DNA of 63,161 nucleotides, filler included, from It is 8 parts of 8 records of this genome, joined end to end, with 100 filler letters (N's around TTAATTAATTAA, not from the genome) between each part and the next. Parts side by side here need not be neighbours in the genome. Positions count along the whole stretch, not along the records: positions 21,073 to 29,001 come from SRR31156797_26273; positions 29,102 to 44,311 come from SRR31156797_26279; 6 more parts are not named here. One strand, 5' to 3'. Shown piece by piece: positions 28,937 to 38,635 of this stretch (position 1 is its first letter; each line of letters starts with the position of its first letter). The notes under the pieces were generated by a model. It saw only the letters and a program-made list of their open reading frames with translations, ran no database searches and was not told where the DNA came from. The position numbers and the translations under genes were made by a program.

Positions 28937-29001
28937 GTTGGGTTAGCGTAGCGTAACCCAACATCCTGAAATTCTTCTCGTTCCCAGGCTCCCGCCTGGG
29001 A
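28937..29001. repeat. Two REP-like palindromes
   Basis: GTTGGGTTAGCGTAGCGTAACCCAAC (28937-28962) and CTCGTTCCCAGGCTCCCGCCTGGGA (28977-29001, cut by the contig end). Confidence 0.65.
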
Positions 29002-29101
29002 NNNNNNNNNNNNNNNNNNNNNNNNNNNNNNNNNNNNNNNNNNNNTTAATTAATTAANNNNNNNNNNNNNNNNNNNNNNNNNNNNNNNNNNNNNNNNNNN
29101 N
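29002..29101. other. Artificial contig linker
   Basis: N-run, TTAATTAATTAA, N-run. Confidence 0.98.
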
Positions 29102-29617
29102 GTGGCGGCTGTGATAGTGGCCCTTTATCTTGCACGAAAGCAGTCACGTAGTCGTCTTGAGGTTTTTGCTGACGTCAACCTCTATATTTCCTCTGAGGCG
29201 CAAAGGTCTTCGACACTAGATTTGAAGGCCGCGCCTAGCATTATAACTGTCACGATCAGGAATGTTGGGCAGGTGGCTGTGACCATACCCTATTGGAGTT
29301 CGTTTTTTTGGAGCGTTCCAGGAGGGAAAATAGCGGCTATGCAAAACCCACAGGAACCGGATTATCGCCGTGAGCCGATTGAACTTCTCCCGGGAAAATC
29401 TGCTTCAATCATTCTTACAGACGATCTATCGCTATATCAAAAAACGATAACGAATCTAGCAGAGAAATCGCGATTTGGTAAATGGGCTCAACGGTTTCCG
29501 AAACTGACCGTTAGGACCGAGATTGGAGATAGATTCCCTGCTAAAATTAGCAAGTCGTTGCGGAAACTCGCTCTGTCGGCAGAAGTTGCACCAAATAGTT
29601 CTAGCGCGGAAGGTTAA
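29102..29617 (+). CDS. Hypothetical membrane-anchored protein, 5' truncated
   Basis: Open from the contig start; hydrophobic VAAVIVALYLA followed by a beta-rich domain. Confidence 0.7.
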   Translation: MAAVIVALYLARKQSRSRLEVFADVNLYISSEAQRSSTLDLKAAPSIITVTIRNVGQVAVTIPYWSSFFWSVPGGKIAAMQNPQEPDYRREPIELLPGKSASIILTDDLSLYQKTITNLAEKSRFGKWAQRFPKLTVRTEIGDRFPAKISKSLRKLALSAEVAPNSSSAEG

Positions 29618-29627
29618 GGCTTCGGCT

Positions 29628-30377
29628 ATGCCAGTAGATCGTGCGCTTTGGAAGAGATTGTTGACCAAATATTATGCGCCGGCATGGCCTTGCCCGTTCT
29701 GTGCTGACGGCAAATTAAGGCTTAAGTGCGACACATTCCATTTTGAGGAAACAGCGGAGTCTCGGCGCCTACATAGCAACGAAAATTTCCATATTATGGA
29801 AACCACTTTCGTATTTTCAGCGCTGCTGGAGTGTTCTCGTTGCAACGAGAAAGTGTCGTGCTGTGGCGATGGTGGCTATGAACCGAATGAATACCAGGAC
29901 GAAAATGGCGAATATAGTTTAGATTATGATCCTATATTTTCGGCGAAATTTTTTTCGCGGCCAATGAAGATATTTGTGCCGCCAAATATATGCCCAAATA
30001 AAATAAAAAAGGCGCTTCATAAATCATTTTCAGTGCTGTTTTGCGACGTTGGAGCCGCAGCAAATCATGTTCGACAGTGTGCTGAAGAGATTCTAACCCA
30101 TGCGGGGATTGCTCTCCGGAACACACGTGGCCGATTTATGACATTAGAAACACGTATACGTTCATTCGAACAAGTGGATCACGAAAATGCTGGCCGCGTC
30201 AGTGCACTAAGATGGATTGGTAACTTTGGAAGCCACCCAGAAAATTTAACCACGGATAACGTATTTGATGCCTACGACATTCTCGAGGTGCTCCTTGAGG
30301 ATATGTACGTAGGGCACCATCGGTCCGTTAGAGAGTTGGTGGAGCGGATCAATCGGGAAAGGCAACCCCCACGTTGA
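29628..30377 (+). CDS. DUF4145 domain protein with N-terminal Cys motifs
   Basis: WPCPFC, CSRC, AAANHVRQCAEEIL and ALRWIGNFGSH (RxxGNxxxH). Start taken at ATG 29628. Confidence 0.85.
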   Translation: MPVDRALWKRLLTKYYAPAWPCPFCADGKLRLKCDTFHFEETAESRRLHSNENFHIMETTFVFSALLECSRCNEKVSCCGDGGYEPNEYQDENGEYSLDYDPIFSAKFFSRPMKIFVPPNICPNKIKKALHKSFSVLFCDVGAAANHVRQCAEEILTHAGIALRNTRGRFMTLETRIRSFEQVDHENAGRVSALRWIGNFGSHPENLTTDNVFDAYDILEVLLEDMYVGHHRSVRELVERINRERQPPR

Positions 30378-30428
30378 AGAAGATGCTTGCCTTTCGATGG
30401 GTGATGGCGAGGCTACGGTATTGAGGTC

Positions 30429-31601
30429 ATGGCATACGAAGGCCGCTATTGGCACCGCCTGGAAAATGGGCGAATTCAGTGTGATCTCTGCCCACGTTTC
30501 TGCAAACTGAGCGAGGGGCAGGCGGGCCTCTGTGCAAACCGGATTGCGACGGCGGACGGGATTGTCGTCATCAGCGATCACTTGTCATCTGGCTTCTGCA
30601 TTGATCCGATAGAGAAGAAGCCCCTGAACCACTTTTTACCGGGAACGCCGGTGCTAAGTTTTGGCACAATCGGCTGTAATCTTACGTGTCGTTTTTGCCA
30701 AAATTGGTCGATTTCCAAGCCCCAAAAACGTGCACACACAGTTTACGCACAGGCTTGGGAGGAAAAACGTAAGCAAGAACAACATGTTAGAACCTATACA
30801 AAAAGCCAGAACTGGGACATCAGCAAATCCCGCGAATTCGACCGCCTGACCGATAGGGCGTCGCCGGAGGCGATTGCCCGGGCCGCCGCCAAAACCGGTT
30901 GCCGCAGCGTTGCCTTTACCTACAACGATCCGGTCATTTTCCTCGAATACGCCGTCGACGTGGCGCAGGCCTGCCATGAACTCGGCATCAAGACGGTCGC
31001 CGTGACCGCCGGCTATATCTGTGCCGAGGCGCGGGCCGAGTTTTTCCGGCACATGGACGCTGCCAACGTCGATCTGAAGGCGTTCACCGAACGCTTCTAT
31101 GCCGATATTTGCACCGGCGGCCTGGCCGCTGTGTTGGATACGCTGAAATATCTCAAGCATGAAACCGACGTCTGGTTCGAACTGACCAATCTGATCATTC
31201 CCGGCGAAAACGATTCGGAAACCGAGCTTCATGAAATGACCGCCTGGGTTGCCGACAATCTGGGGCCGGACGTGCCGATGCATTTTTCCGCTTTCCACCC
31301 CGACTGGAAGATGCGGGACAAGCCCCGCACGCCGCCGGCCATCCTGGGACGGGCCTGCGAGATCGCCAAAGAAAACGGCCTGCGATACGCCTATGTCGGC
31401 AACGTCCACAATCCGGACGCCGACAGCACCTATTGCCATCAATGCGGAGACATGCTGATCGGTCGCGACTGGTATCAGCTTTCGACCTGGAACCTGTCCG
31501 ACGACGGTCGCTGCCTGTCCTGCGGCACGCCCTGTGCCGGCATCTTCGACGGACCACCAGGCAATTGGGGCCGCAAACGCGCCCCGGTTCGGATATCCTA
31601 A
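30429..31601 (+). CDS. amrS: AmmeMemoRadiSam system radical SAM enzyme, apparently chimeric, with a 36-codon duplication/insert
   Basis: QCDLCPRFC, DPIEKKPLNHFLPG, GCNLTCRFCQNW, AFTYNDP, NVDLKAF, HFSAFHPD and YVGNVH. Confidence 0.93.
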   Translation: MAYEGRYWHRLENGRIQCDLCPRFCKLSEGQAGLCANRIATADGIVVISDHLSSGFCIDPIEKKPLNHFLPGTPVLSFGTIGCNLTCRFCQNWSISKPQKRAHTVYAQAWEEKRKQEQHVRTYTKSQNWDISKSREFDRLTDRASPEAIARAAAKTGCRSVAFTYNDPVIFLEYAVDVAQACHELGIKTVAVTAGYICAEARAEFFRHMDAANVDLKAFTERFYADICTGGLAAVLDTLKYLKHETDVWFELTNLIIPGENDSETELHEMTAWVADNLGPDVPMHFSAFHPDWKMRDKPRTPPAILGRACEIAKENGLRYAYVGNVHNPDADSTYCHQCGDMLIGRDWYQLSTWNLSDDGRCLSCGTPCAGIFDGPPGNWGRKRAPVRIS

Positions 31602-31669
31602 GAAACATCGCAGACTGTTAATCCTTTTGTGCTAAACACCCCCGTCGTTTCACTGCCGGTGCGCTATCC

Positions 31670-32671
31670 ATGTCGAAAAAATGGCTTCTGATCGCGGTTA
31701 AAATCGCCTTGTCGGTCGCCCTCATCGTCTGGGTATTCAAGGCGAAGGATATCGACATTGCCGCCGCTGCGATGCGGGTGACGGATATGTCGCCGCTTCT
31801 GGCCATTCCGGCGGCCCTGGCGGTGCTTTTTCAATACGGCACCTGCAGCATCCGCTGGCGCGCCGTTCTTGCCGCCGTCGGTGCGCCGCTGGCGTTCTGG
31901 CCCGGTCTGCGTTTCATGTATATCGGCACCTTTTTCCATCAGACCCTGCCGGCCTCGGTCGGCGGCGATGCGGTGCGTACCTATCTGGCCTACCGGCACG
32001 GCGTATCGCTTCGCGGTGCGATCAACGGCATCATGCTGGAAAGGGTGATCACCCTGGCAGCTTTGATCCTGCTGGTGGCGGCGGTCCAACCGGCGTTTCT
32101 TCCCCGGGTCGGTACCGAAAACGGGGCCTGGATGATTCCGCTCGTCGGATTGGCCGTGGCTGGCCTGATTTGCGGGATATTGGCGGTGGCCATGCTGGAC
32201 CGGCTGCCGCAACGCTATCACCGGTTCCGGCTGGTCCGCGGACTGGCCTATCTGGCGACCGATACGCGGGCCCTGTTCTTTTCGCCGGCGCGGGCAATCG
32301 CGGCGCTTGGTTGGGCCATGCTGGCCCATTCGGGGCTGACGATCGCCGTTTTCCTAATCGCCCGTGGTCTTGGGATCGACGTAGGAATCATCGATTGTTT
32401 TGCCCTGTTTTTGCCGGTTCTGCTGTTGACGGCGCTGCCCATCTCGGTGGCGGGTTGGGGAGTGCGCGAAGGCGGCATGGTTTTCGCCTTCGGCCTGATC
32501 GGCATTCCCGGCGATGCGGCCTTGGCGATTTCGGTGCTCTACGGGCTGTTTACCCTGTTCCTGGCCCTGCCGGCCGGGGCCTTGTGGCTGGGCATGGGGA
32601 TCAAACGCGGCGACGTCTCCGGCGGGCTTGCCAAGGCCGGATCCTCCGGCGATGGCGATACGGCTTCCTAG
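31670..32671 (+). CDS. Lysylphosphatidylglycerol synthase TM-domain (flippase-like, YbhN) protein
   Basis: RW..., LPASVGGDAVR, ER and LPISVAGWGVRE motifs. Confidence 0.9.
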   Translation: MSKKWLLIAVKIALSVALIVWVFKAKDIDIAAAAMRVTDMSPLLAIPAALAVLFQYGTCSIRWRAVLAAVGAPLAFWPGLRFMYIGTFFHQTLPASVGGDAVRTYLAYRHGVSLRGAINGIMLERVITLAALILLVAAVQPAFLPRVGTENGAWMIPLVGLAVAGLICGILAVAMLDRLPQRYHRFRLVRGLAYLATDTRALFFSPARAIAALGWAMLAHSGLTIAVFLIARGLGIDVGIIDCFALFLPVLLLTALPISVAGWGVREGGMVFAFGLIGIPGDAALAISVLYGLFTLFLALPAGALWLGMGIKRGDVSGGLAKAGSSGDGDTAS

Positions 32672-32828
32672 GTTCATTTCGGCCTTCTTTGCCCGATTGG
32701 GTTGAAACAAGCCCTTCCTTTTGGCTGCGTCATTGCTACATTCAGTGTTGGCTGTCGGCGCCGGGCCGAAAAAACTTGAAGGTCCGGCATTTGGCGCATC
32801 GCCGTCGGAACGTTTTCAAGGAGGAGTT

Positions 32829-34352
32829 ATGAAGGTCTCGTTTTCCAAATCCGATCTTCCCGAAACAGGTGTCCTCGTCGTCATGGCGACCCAGGACCGC
32901 AAGCTGGCGCCCAGCGCCGCCGAATTGGATACGAGACTTGGCGGCGGCATCACGCGCGCCATGCGTGCGGCCAGTCGCTTCAAGGCCAAGAGCGAGCAAA
33001 GCCTGACCCTGCTTGCTCCGGCCGGATCGAAGCTCGAACGGATCTATATCATCGGATTGGGCAAGCCCGAAGAGATCGATGTTCTGGGTCTGCAGGCCGC
33101 CGGCGGACGGATCTATGCGGCCCTGGCCAACCGTGGCCACGCGACCGTCCAGATTGCGGTGGATGCCTTGCCGGGGTGCGACCTGGCGCCGGCCGATATG
33201 GCGGCCGAAATCGCTTATGGCGCGCGCCTGCGGTCCTATCGCTTCGACAAGTATCTGACCAAGCAGGAAAGTGACGACAAGCCGTCCCTGAAGAACCTGC
33301 GGATCATTTGCGATTCTCCGGCGACCGCCCGGAAACGGCATGCGCGGCTCGATTCGATTGCCGACGGCGTTTTCCTGACCCGCGATTTGGTCAGCGAACC
33401 GGCGAACGTTCTGTATCCGGCGACATTGGCGGACCAGGCCAAGGCCCTGACCAAGCTGGGCATCAAGGTCGAAATACTGGGCCGCAATCAGATGGAGAAA
33501 CTGGGCATGGGCGCCTTGCTTGGCGTTGCCCAAGGAAGCGCCCGCGAACCGAAGATGGTGGTCATGCAATGGCAGGGCCGACCCGGACGCAAGCTGGCCA
33601 AGGGCAAAAAGGCGAAACCGGCGGCGCCGGTCGCTTTCATCGGCAAGGGCGTCACCTTCGACACCGGCGGTATTTCGATAAAACCCTCCGCCGGCATGGA
33701 AGACATGAAATGGGACATGGGCGGTGCCGGCGTCGTTATCGGCTTGATGAAGGCGTTGGCCGGCCGCAAAGCCCGGGTCAATGCCGTCGGCATCGTCGGT
33801 CTGGTCGAGAATATGCCGTCGGGTACGGCACAGCGCCCGGGCGATATCGTCACTTCGATGTCGGGACAGACGATCGAGGTTTTGAACACCGATGCCGAAG
33901 GCCGCCTCGTCCTGGCCGATGCGTTGTGGTACTGCAAGGAGAAGTTCAAGCCCCGTTTCATGGTCGATCTGGCGACCCTGACCGGCGCCATCATCATCTG
34001 CCTTGGCAGCGAAAAGGCCGGGCTTTTCTCCAACAACGACGAATTGTCCGAGCGCCTGACGGCATCCGGCGAGGCGGTTGGGGAATCGCTTTGGCGGATG
34101 CCGATGGGCAAGGAATACGACAAGATGATCAAGTCGGATGCCGCCGACATGAAAAACATCAGCGGCGGCCGTGGCGCCGGCAGCATCACGGCGGCGCAGT
34201 TCCTGGCCCGATTCATCGACGATACGCCGTGGGCGCACCTTGATATCGCCGGCGTTACCTGGGGCAAGAAGGACAAGCCGACCGTGCCGAAGGGCGGCAC
34301 CGCCTTCGGGGTTCGTCTGCTCGACCAGTTGGTTGCCGACTACTACGAATAG
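32829..34352 (+). CDS. pepA: Leucyl aminopeptidase
   Basis: GKGVTFDTGG, MKWDMGG, NTDAEGRL and WAHLDIAG. Start ATG 32829 after GAGGAG. Confidence 0.97.
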   Translation: MKVSFSKSDLPETGVLVVMATQDRKLAPSAAELDTRLGGGITRAMRAASRFKAKSEQSLTLLAPAGSKLERIYIIGLGKPEEIDVLGLQAAGGRIYAALANRGHATVQIAVDALPGCDLAPADMAAEIAYGARLRSYRFDKYLTKQESDDKPSLKNLRIICDSPATARKRHARLDSIADGVFLTRDLVSEPANVLYPATLADQAKALTKLGIKVEILGRNQMEKLGMGALLGVAQGSAREPKMVVMQWQGRPGRKLAKGKKAKPAAPVAFIGKGVTFDTGGISIKPSAGMEDMKWDMGGAGVVIGLMKALAGRKARVNAVGIVGLVENMPSGTAQRPGDIVTSMSGQTIEVLNTDAEGRLVLADALWYCKEKFKPRFMVDLATLTGAIIICLGSEKAGLFSNNDELSERLTASGEAVGESLWRMPMGKEYDKMIKSDAADMKNISGGRGAGSITAAQFLARFIDDTPWAHLDIAGVTWGKKDKPTVPKGGTAFGVRLLDQLVADYYE

Positions 34353-34388
34353 GAAAAACGAGCGCTCCGTTCCGGAAGGATCCGGCCC

Positions 34389-34835
34389 GTGGTTCAAATC
34401 GCCTTCTATCATCTGCAGCGTTCCCCGCTCGAGCAGGCGCTGCCGCGCTTGCTCGAGAAGACGCTGGATGCCGGCAAGCGGGCCGTTGTCGTCGCCGGCT
34501 CGGAACCGCGCGTCGAGGCGTTGAATGCCCTGCTTTGGACCTACGATCAGGATTCCTGGCTGCCGCACGGAAGCGCCAAGGACGGCCACGCCGACGAACA
34601 GCCGATCTGGCTGACGACGGGCAACGACAATCCGAACGAGGCGACATTCCTGTTCCTGACCGACGGCTGCGAAAGGCCCATCGGCGAATTCGAACGCTGC
34701 TTCGATCTTTTCGACGGCAACGACCCGGACGCCGTCGAGGCGGCGCGTGCCCGCTGGAAAGCCTATAAGGCCGACGGCCACGACCTTGCCTACTGGCAGC
34801 AAACCGATCGCGGCGGCTGGGAACAGAAGAGCTGA
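34389..34835 (+). CDS. holC: DNA polymerase III chi subunit
   Basis: FYHL, LLEK, LW...SWLPHG and AARARWK; conserved pepA-holC order. Confidence 0.95.
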   Translation: MVQIAFYHLQRSPLEQALPRLLEKTLDAGKRAVVVAGSEPRVEALNALLWTYDQDSWLPHGSAKDGHADEQPIWLTTGNDNPNEATFLFLTDGCERPIGEFERCFDLFDGNDPDAVEAARARWKAYKADGHDLAYWQQTDRGGWEQKS

Positions 34836-34858
34836 GACGGGGGCAGCGTGCCCCGAGC

Positions 34859-36028
34859 CTAGTCGTCGGCTTCCCGGTATTTCGCCAACCGGATTGCCAA
34901 CAGGGTGCCGATCGCGGCCAGGCCGGCCATGGCCAGATAGGCATATCCGCCGGCGGCATCGTAGAGCGGCCCCGAGATCAGCATCGAGACGCCCATCGCC
35001 AATCCCATGGTGACCGAGGAATAGAGGCTCATGGCGGTTGCCGAATGGGCCGGCGGCACCGACTGCATCACGAAGTTGATGGCACCCAGATGAACGGTGC
35101 CGTAGGTAAAGGCATGCAGGGCCTGCACGGCCACCAGAACCGGCAGGGCATCGGATAGACCAAGTGCCGTCCAACGCAGAATTCCGGCCAGACCGCCAAG
35201 CAGAATCAATCGCGCCGGGCCCAGCCGTCGTGCCGCAACGGCGCCGAAGGCGAACAGGATGACCTCGGCGATCACGCCTTCGGCCCACAGCCAGCCGATG
35301 ATGTCCTCGGAATAACCGGCGGTTTTCCAGTGCAACGTGCCGAAAACGTAGTAGACGCCGTGGCTGCTTTGCACCAGGGCCGCCGACAGCAGAAACAGCA
35401 CGAACTTCGGGTCCAGCAGGAACTGGCGAAATCGCGGTCGCGCGCCCGCTGATTGCGGGCTCCTTTCCCCCGGCAGAAGAATGCATGATAACGCGGTCAG
35501 ACCCAGCGTTGCCGCCAACAGCCAATAAATCAATTCTTCCGGCCGACCGGCCAGTTCGCGCCCGGCGATGACGGCGACGGCGATGAAGCTGAGGCTGCCC
35601 CACAGCCGCACCCGCCCGTATTCCAATCCCTGTTCGCGTACCGTTGTCGAGACCAGGGTTTCCCCCAGCGGCAGGACCGGGGCCCAAGCGGCGATGAACA
35701 GCGATGTGACGGCAAGGACGCCCCAGAACCCGCCGGTCAGCGCATAAAGGCAAAACGAACCAAAAGCCGCGAACGCCAGAATGATCATCGGCCGGCGGCG
35801 CTCGCCATAATGGTCGGCGATGTTGGCGAACAGCGGCGAGGCGACGATCCGTCCGGCCGTGCCCAATGCCAGGACGATGCCGATCTCGGTCGCGCTCAGG
35901 CCTTTGAACTTCAACCACACCGGCCAGAACGGCAATTGAATGCCCATGACGCCGAAAAATGCGACATAAAAAAGGGCCAGACGGGTCGCCGTCCAACGGG
36001 GTGCCGGAGCTGAAGTCTCGCGTGTCAT
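34859..36028 (-). CDS. MFS transporter (HcaT/MFS_1_like)
   Basis: LPFWPVWL, YGRVRLWGSLSF, GVIAEV and QALHAFTYG. Start at ATG 36028. Confidence 0.9.
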   Translation of the reverse strand: MTRETSAPAPRWTATRLALFYVAFFGVMGIQLPFWPVWLKFKGLSATEIGIVLALGTAGRIVASPLFANIADHYGERRRPMIILAFAAFGSFCLYALTGGFWGVLAVTSLFIAAWAPVLPLGETLVSTTVREQGLEYGRVRLWGSLSFIAVAVIAGRELAGRPEELIYWLLAATLGLTALSCILLPGERSPQSAGARPRFRQFLLDPKFVLFLLSAALVQSSHGVYYVFGTLHWKTAGYSEDIIGWLWAEGVIAEVILFAFGAVAARRLGPARLILLGGLAGILRWTALGLSDALPVLVAVQALHAFTYGTVHLGAINFVMQSVPPAHSATAMSLYSSVTMGLAMGVSMLISGPLYDAAGGYAYLAMAGLAAIGTLLAIRLAKYREADD

Positions 36029-36224
36029 ATTTGCTAAATCGGTTTGTGTTACCTGTCTTGTCAATCGTTTCGCAAATTTCCGCCGATGCGGAGATGGCGG
36101 AGGATACACATCGACCGCCGGCCGGGAACGATTCGAGCCCCGGTTCGGAAGATAGGCAAATCGACGCTGTGGCTTTCATTGCCCATGATCGATCCAATAT
36201 GTAGGCTGAAGGCGAAATAGGGGA

Positions 36225-37085
36225 ATGACAATGGCCAGATTGCTGATCGTCGGTTCGATCGCCCAGGATGACGTGGTTCACCTGAAGGAACCCATGCGCG
36301 AAGGCACGCATATCGAAGGCAGCGGCGTCGGCATTCGCCTCGGCGGCGGCGGACCGAATACGGCCATTCCGCTGGCACAGGCCGGGCACGTCGTTTCCGT
36401 GGTTGCCGCCGTCGGCCGCGATGTCGGCGGCGAAACGCTGATTGCCGAACTGGCGGCCGCCGGCGTCGACACGTCGCTGATCCGGGTTCTGGACGATGCG
36501 GCGACGACACGATCGATCATCATGGTCGATGACGCCGGCGAACGCACCATCGTCAATCTGGCGCGCACCGCCGAACGCGAACCGCCGGCGCGCATTCTCG
36601 AAGCGCCGGCCGATCTGCTCTACGTGCGCAGCCGGGCCCTCGACCTGGGCCCGTTGTTGACCGCGAAGGCGCGGTCGTGCACCGTTGTTGCCCATATCCC
36701 GCCGCTCAACTTCGGTTGCCGGCCGGCGCAAATTCTGCTCGGCTCGCAATCGGACCTGCCGACCGACTACATGATCAACCCGCTGAAGGCGGCCCGTGAC
36801 ATCGCCGGCAGCATCCTTGAATGGGTGGTGCTGACCCGCGGCCGGGATGGCGCCTCGGCTTTCCACATCGACGGCCGTTCCGTCAATTGCTACGCCGATA
36901 CCGTCGAGACGGTCGATTCGACCGGCGCCGGCGATTCTTTCGCGGCCGGTCTGATCCACGGTCTGGCATCGGGGGTGGACGTGCCGGAAGCCATGAAGAT
37001 TGCCGTGCGCTGGGGCACCGAATCGGTGAAATACGCTTCGTCTGCCCTGCCGGCCGAAGCGGTGGCCAGATTGGTCGAGGAATAG
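36225..37085 (+). CDS. PfkB family carbohydrate kinase
   Basis: GGGGPNTA and DSTGAGDSF. Confidence 0.93.
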   Translation: MTMARLLIVGSIAQDDVVHLKEPMREGTHIEGSGVGIRLGGGGPNTAIPLAQAGHVVSVVAAVGRDVGGETLIAELAAAGVDTSLIRVLDDAATTRSIIMVDDAGERTIVNLARTAEREPPARILEAPADLLYVRSRALDLGPLLTAKARSCTVVAHIPPLNFGCRPAQILLGSQSDLPTDYMINPLKAARDIAGSILEWVVLTRGRDGASAFHIDGRSVNCYADTVETVDSTGAGDSFAAGLIHGLASGVDVPEAMKIAVRWGTESVKYASSALPAEAVARLVEE

Positions 37086-37453
37086 GTGGCAATGTCCGGG
37101 CCATAGGCAAGGCTGGCCTCGATCCTCGCCTGTGTCCCGTTGTCTTTCGCCTTTGATGCTCCGGACCGCAGCGCCCTGTCGCGCTACAAGCAAAGCCGAC
37201 GGCGCCGATGCGGGGCCGACCCAGACCGTCTATTACGCCAACGTCCGGCGCAGTCCGACCCGCGAAGGCTTGGCGCCGCCCAAATAGGACGATCGTCGGG
37301 GGGGCATTTTCCTTCGCTCCGGTGTCCGATGCGCGGCCGCCATCGCGGGCGCACCCATTCACCGCGAAAAGCTGTGCGAAACCCGTTCGCAAACGGTTGG
37401 CCAGATCGGCCAAGCCTGCTATTGGTGGTGAAATCGATGACAGGACGGTGACA

Positions 37454-38107
37454 ATGAAAAAACATCCGGATTTTCCGAATCTCTACATCCTCGATCACCC
37501 GCTGATCCTGCACAAGCTGACCCACATGCGGATGACGACGACGTCGACCCGCACCTTCCGCGAACTGCTGAAGGAAATCTCGCTGTTGATGGGCTACGAA
37601 ATCACCCGCGACCTGCCGATGACGACGGAGGCCATCGAAACGCCGGTGGCGCCGATGGACGAAGCGCCGGTGATCAAGGGCAAGAAGGTGGCAGTGGTGC
37701 CGATCCTGCGGGCCGGCACCGGCATGGCCGACGGATTGTTGGAACTGATGCCGTCGGCCCGGGTCGGGCATATCGGGCTGTACCGCGATCCCGACACCAA
37801 GCGGCCGGTCGAATACCTGGTCAAGCTGCCAGCGGCCAGGGGGCGCACCTTCATCGTCACCGACCCGATGCTGGCGACGGGGTATTCGTCGGCCTATGCG
37901 CTGGACGTCTTGAACAAACACGGCGTCAAGGATGCCAACATCCGCCTGCTGGCGCTGGTTGCGGCGCCGGAAGGCGTTGCCGTGCTGCAGGAAAAACACC
38001 CCAACGTGCCGGTCTTCCTGGCCTGTCTCGACGACAAGCTCAACAAGAAGGCCTATATCGTGCCCGGTCTGGGTGACGCCGGCGACCGCCTGTTCGGGAC
38101 CAAATAG
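37454..38107 (+). CDS. upp: Uracil phosphoribosyltransferase
   Basis: [21 protein letters not shown] and [17 protein letters not shown]. Confidence 0.97.
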   Translation: MKKHPDFPNLYILDHPLILHKLTHMRMTTTSTRTFRELLKEISLLMGYEITRDLPMTTEAIETPVAPMDEAPVIKGKKVAVVPILRAGTGMADGLLELMPSARVGHIGLYRDPDTKRPVEYLVKLPAARGRTFIVTDPMLATGYSSAYALDVLNKHGVKDANIRLLALVAAPEGVAVLQEKHPNVPVFLACLDDKLNKKAYIVPGLGDAGDRLFGTK

Positions 38108-38125
38108 GTTCATTCTCCGTCCGTC

Positions 38126-38222
38126 ACCCCCACCCCAGCCCTCCGCCATCGAGGGGGAGGGGGCAGGAGGCGCTTGCCTCGGCGTTCCTTCCCTCATTGT
38201 CGGGGAGGGACAGGGAGGGGGG
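38126..38222. repeat. Paired GC-rich REP-like palindromes
   Basis: CCCCCACCCCAGCCCTCC...GAGGGGGAGGG and the inverted relative CCTTCCCTC...GGGGAGGGACAGGGAGGGG. Confidence 0.65.
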
Positions 38223-38635
38223 CAACCATTCATCCTTGTGGCATCGGCTTCCGCGGTCATCGTCCGATCCTCTGAAATGACGATATTCCTGCCTCGGTTT
38301 TTCGGCTAATGGATTGATATCGCACACGAAACCGCGTCCTGCACGCAGCGATTCTCGTCATTGATCGTCATGGATCGTCATTTTGCCGTTTTTCCCTTTG
38401 TTTTCAGGCGGTTGATTTGACGATCGGCGCCCTGCCGGCGGCCAGGCACGCCCGTGCGCGGTGTGCCGCAGGCGACAAACGCGCCGCAGAATTTCTCTTG
38501 GCAATGGGCCGGGCGTTTGGGTCCGCGAGTCACGGCAAATATCCCCTTTCAAGGAACAAAATAAAGAAAATGGAATATAAACCTATTTTAGGAAAATGTC
38601 AAGGAGAATAACAAACACGGAGTCGAACCGATGGG

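Larger units (their letters stand above)
29102..30806. mobile_element. Putative terminus of a genomic island integrated in amrS
   Basis: Lower-GC cargo genes; a codon-usage break inside amrS at about 30807; a duplicated QNWxISK segment; att-arm-like repeats in the insert. No integrase is visible because the contig is truncated. Confidence 0.6.

Noticed and set aside
32742-37193. 1483-aa minus-strand ORF
   Set aside because: Shadow ORF in high-GC DNA overlapping pepA, holC, the MFS gene and pfkB; no domain motifs.
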